Assembly (NCBI RefSeq): GCF_964204645.1
Contig: NC_134028.1
Span: forward strand, 22,130,345 to 22,194,344
Source of the DNA: Tubulanus polymorphus
Taxonomy: Eukaryota; Animalia; Nemertea
Direction: 5' to 3'
DNA: 64,000 bases
Part shown: positions 63,041 to 64,000 of the stretch, in pieces
How the letters are laid out: every line of letters begins with the position of its first letter
Position numbering within the stretch: the stretch's first letter is position 1
Notes under the pieces: generated by a model
Told to the model about the DNA's origin: nothing
Databases searched by the model: none
Seen by the model: the letters and a program-made list of their open reading frames with translations, nothing else
Made by a program: the position numbers and the translations under genes

Positions 63041-64000
63041 GTAAATATATAATCGCGATCATTTTTAGTGATTTTAACGTTTTGGTCGGTGTACCGGGAT
63101 TCGAACCCGATTGAATAGTTTTGGCACCGTGTACGCATAACGCAACGTCGTATCAAAGATTCATGTGGATTTTTGATCATATTCATAAGCTACTTGATTA
63201 TAAGTTTTCATTTAATGAAAGATTTTTACGAAGGGAAATGTGATTTTGTCGAGTGATGCATCGTATGAGTGAATCATTCGAACCTGATGGCATCGCTACA
63301 TTCAGCCACGGCACGAACCCCTTCCACAGTAGACCGGGTGCGCAGGTACACGCGCAGCTTCGTCGCACGAAAACTTGCGGCACCAATCAGATTGCTCGTT
63401 GTAAAATCAATGAGGAAAATTTCACGGAAGAACTACAAACCCGGGCCAAAATAAAATGGCATATCTGAATGGCTAATAATGGCATCATCTAAGCTGCGCG
63501 TGTAGCTGTGCACTCGGTCTAGTGTGGCAGGGTTTCGTACCGTGGCAATCTCGATGCCACCAGGTTCGAATCTCTGCCGGGGGAGCATGCGTATAGTGAC
63601 TCCGTCGTTGGCGTCGTGGGTGGATGCGCCTGGTAGAGATGTTGGGGAATAAAACATCTCCCGCGACACGTAATCAGCATATCTCATCTAAGCAAAATTG
63701 AATACGAAATTAATAGGGTTTATATCATATATACACTGAGTAGGAGGTGCACGAGGTGATAGGTTCACTGTGATAAGCGCTTCTAATAGCGCGAGGAATA
63801 TCTATCCTCCGAAGATTTATCTACGTATCCTATTTCGATTTCACGTGTTTTCCCGACTAAGGGATGATGAATTCGTCTTCGTCTCCGGTGACATCGAATC
63901 AGAGGCGTACACAACGTGTAGACAGTCGTGTGGGTAGAGGCAGATTACAGCCGTGATTAATAATTCAATTAATGACATCGGCTTCCGTGGAAATGACATT

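Overview
Eukaryotic (animal, probably marine-invertebrate-type) genomic DNA with GT-AG introns. Four spliced genes can be rebuilt by hand: a complete 18-coding-exon cytosolic phospholipase A2 (+, 479-9958), a CDR2/CDR2L-like coiled-coil gene (+, 12587-16836), the sulfhydryl oxidase GFER/ERV1/ALR (-, 24222-22419) and the 5' part of a PLD3/4/5-family gene (+, exons 51391-63040, running off the window). The ORF track misses a fifth, small gene on the minus strand (10729-10484). It has a TATA box, non-coding 5' exon(s) and a polyA signal, and encodes a signal peptide, an acidic propeptide, a KR site and a cationic, probably amidated peptide (GWFKRVWGKIRKPLLHAALTAVIA-GR). This antimicrobial-peptide/toxin-type precursor is interrupted by one in-frame TGA. 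The non-coding DNA contains a Penelope-like insertion with a 14-bp TSD and a minimal type I hammerhead ribozyme, and a second hammerhead-bearing dispersed/tandem (retrozyme-like) family. It also contains several MITE families, a tRNA-derived SINE, LINE 3' relics, head-to-head Helitron-like ends, a ~330-bp repeat carrying CTCF-like motifs, and a divergent pair of B-box hairpin elements. All calls come from reading the sequence; no database searches were run.
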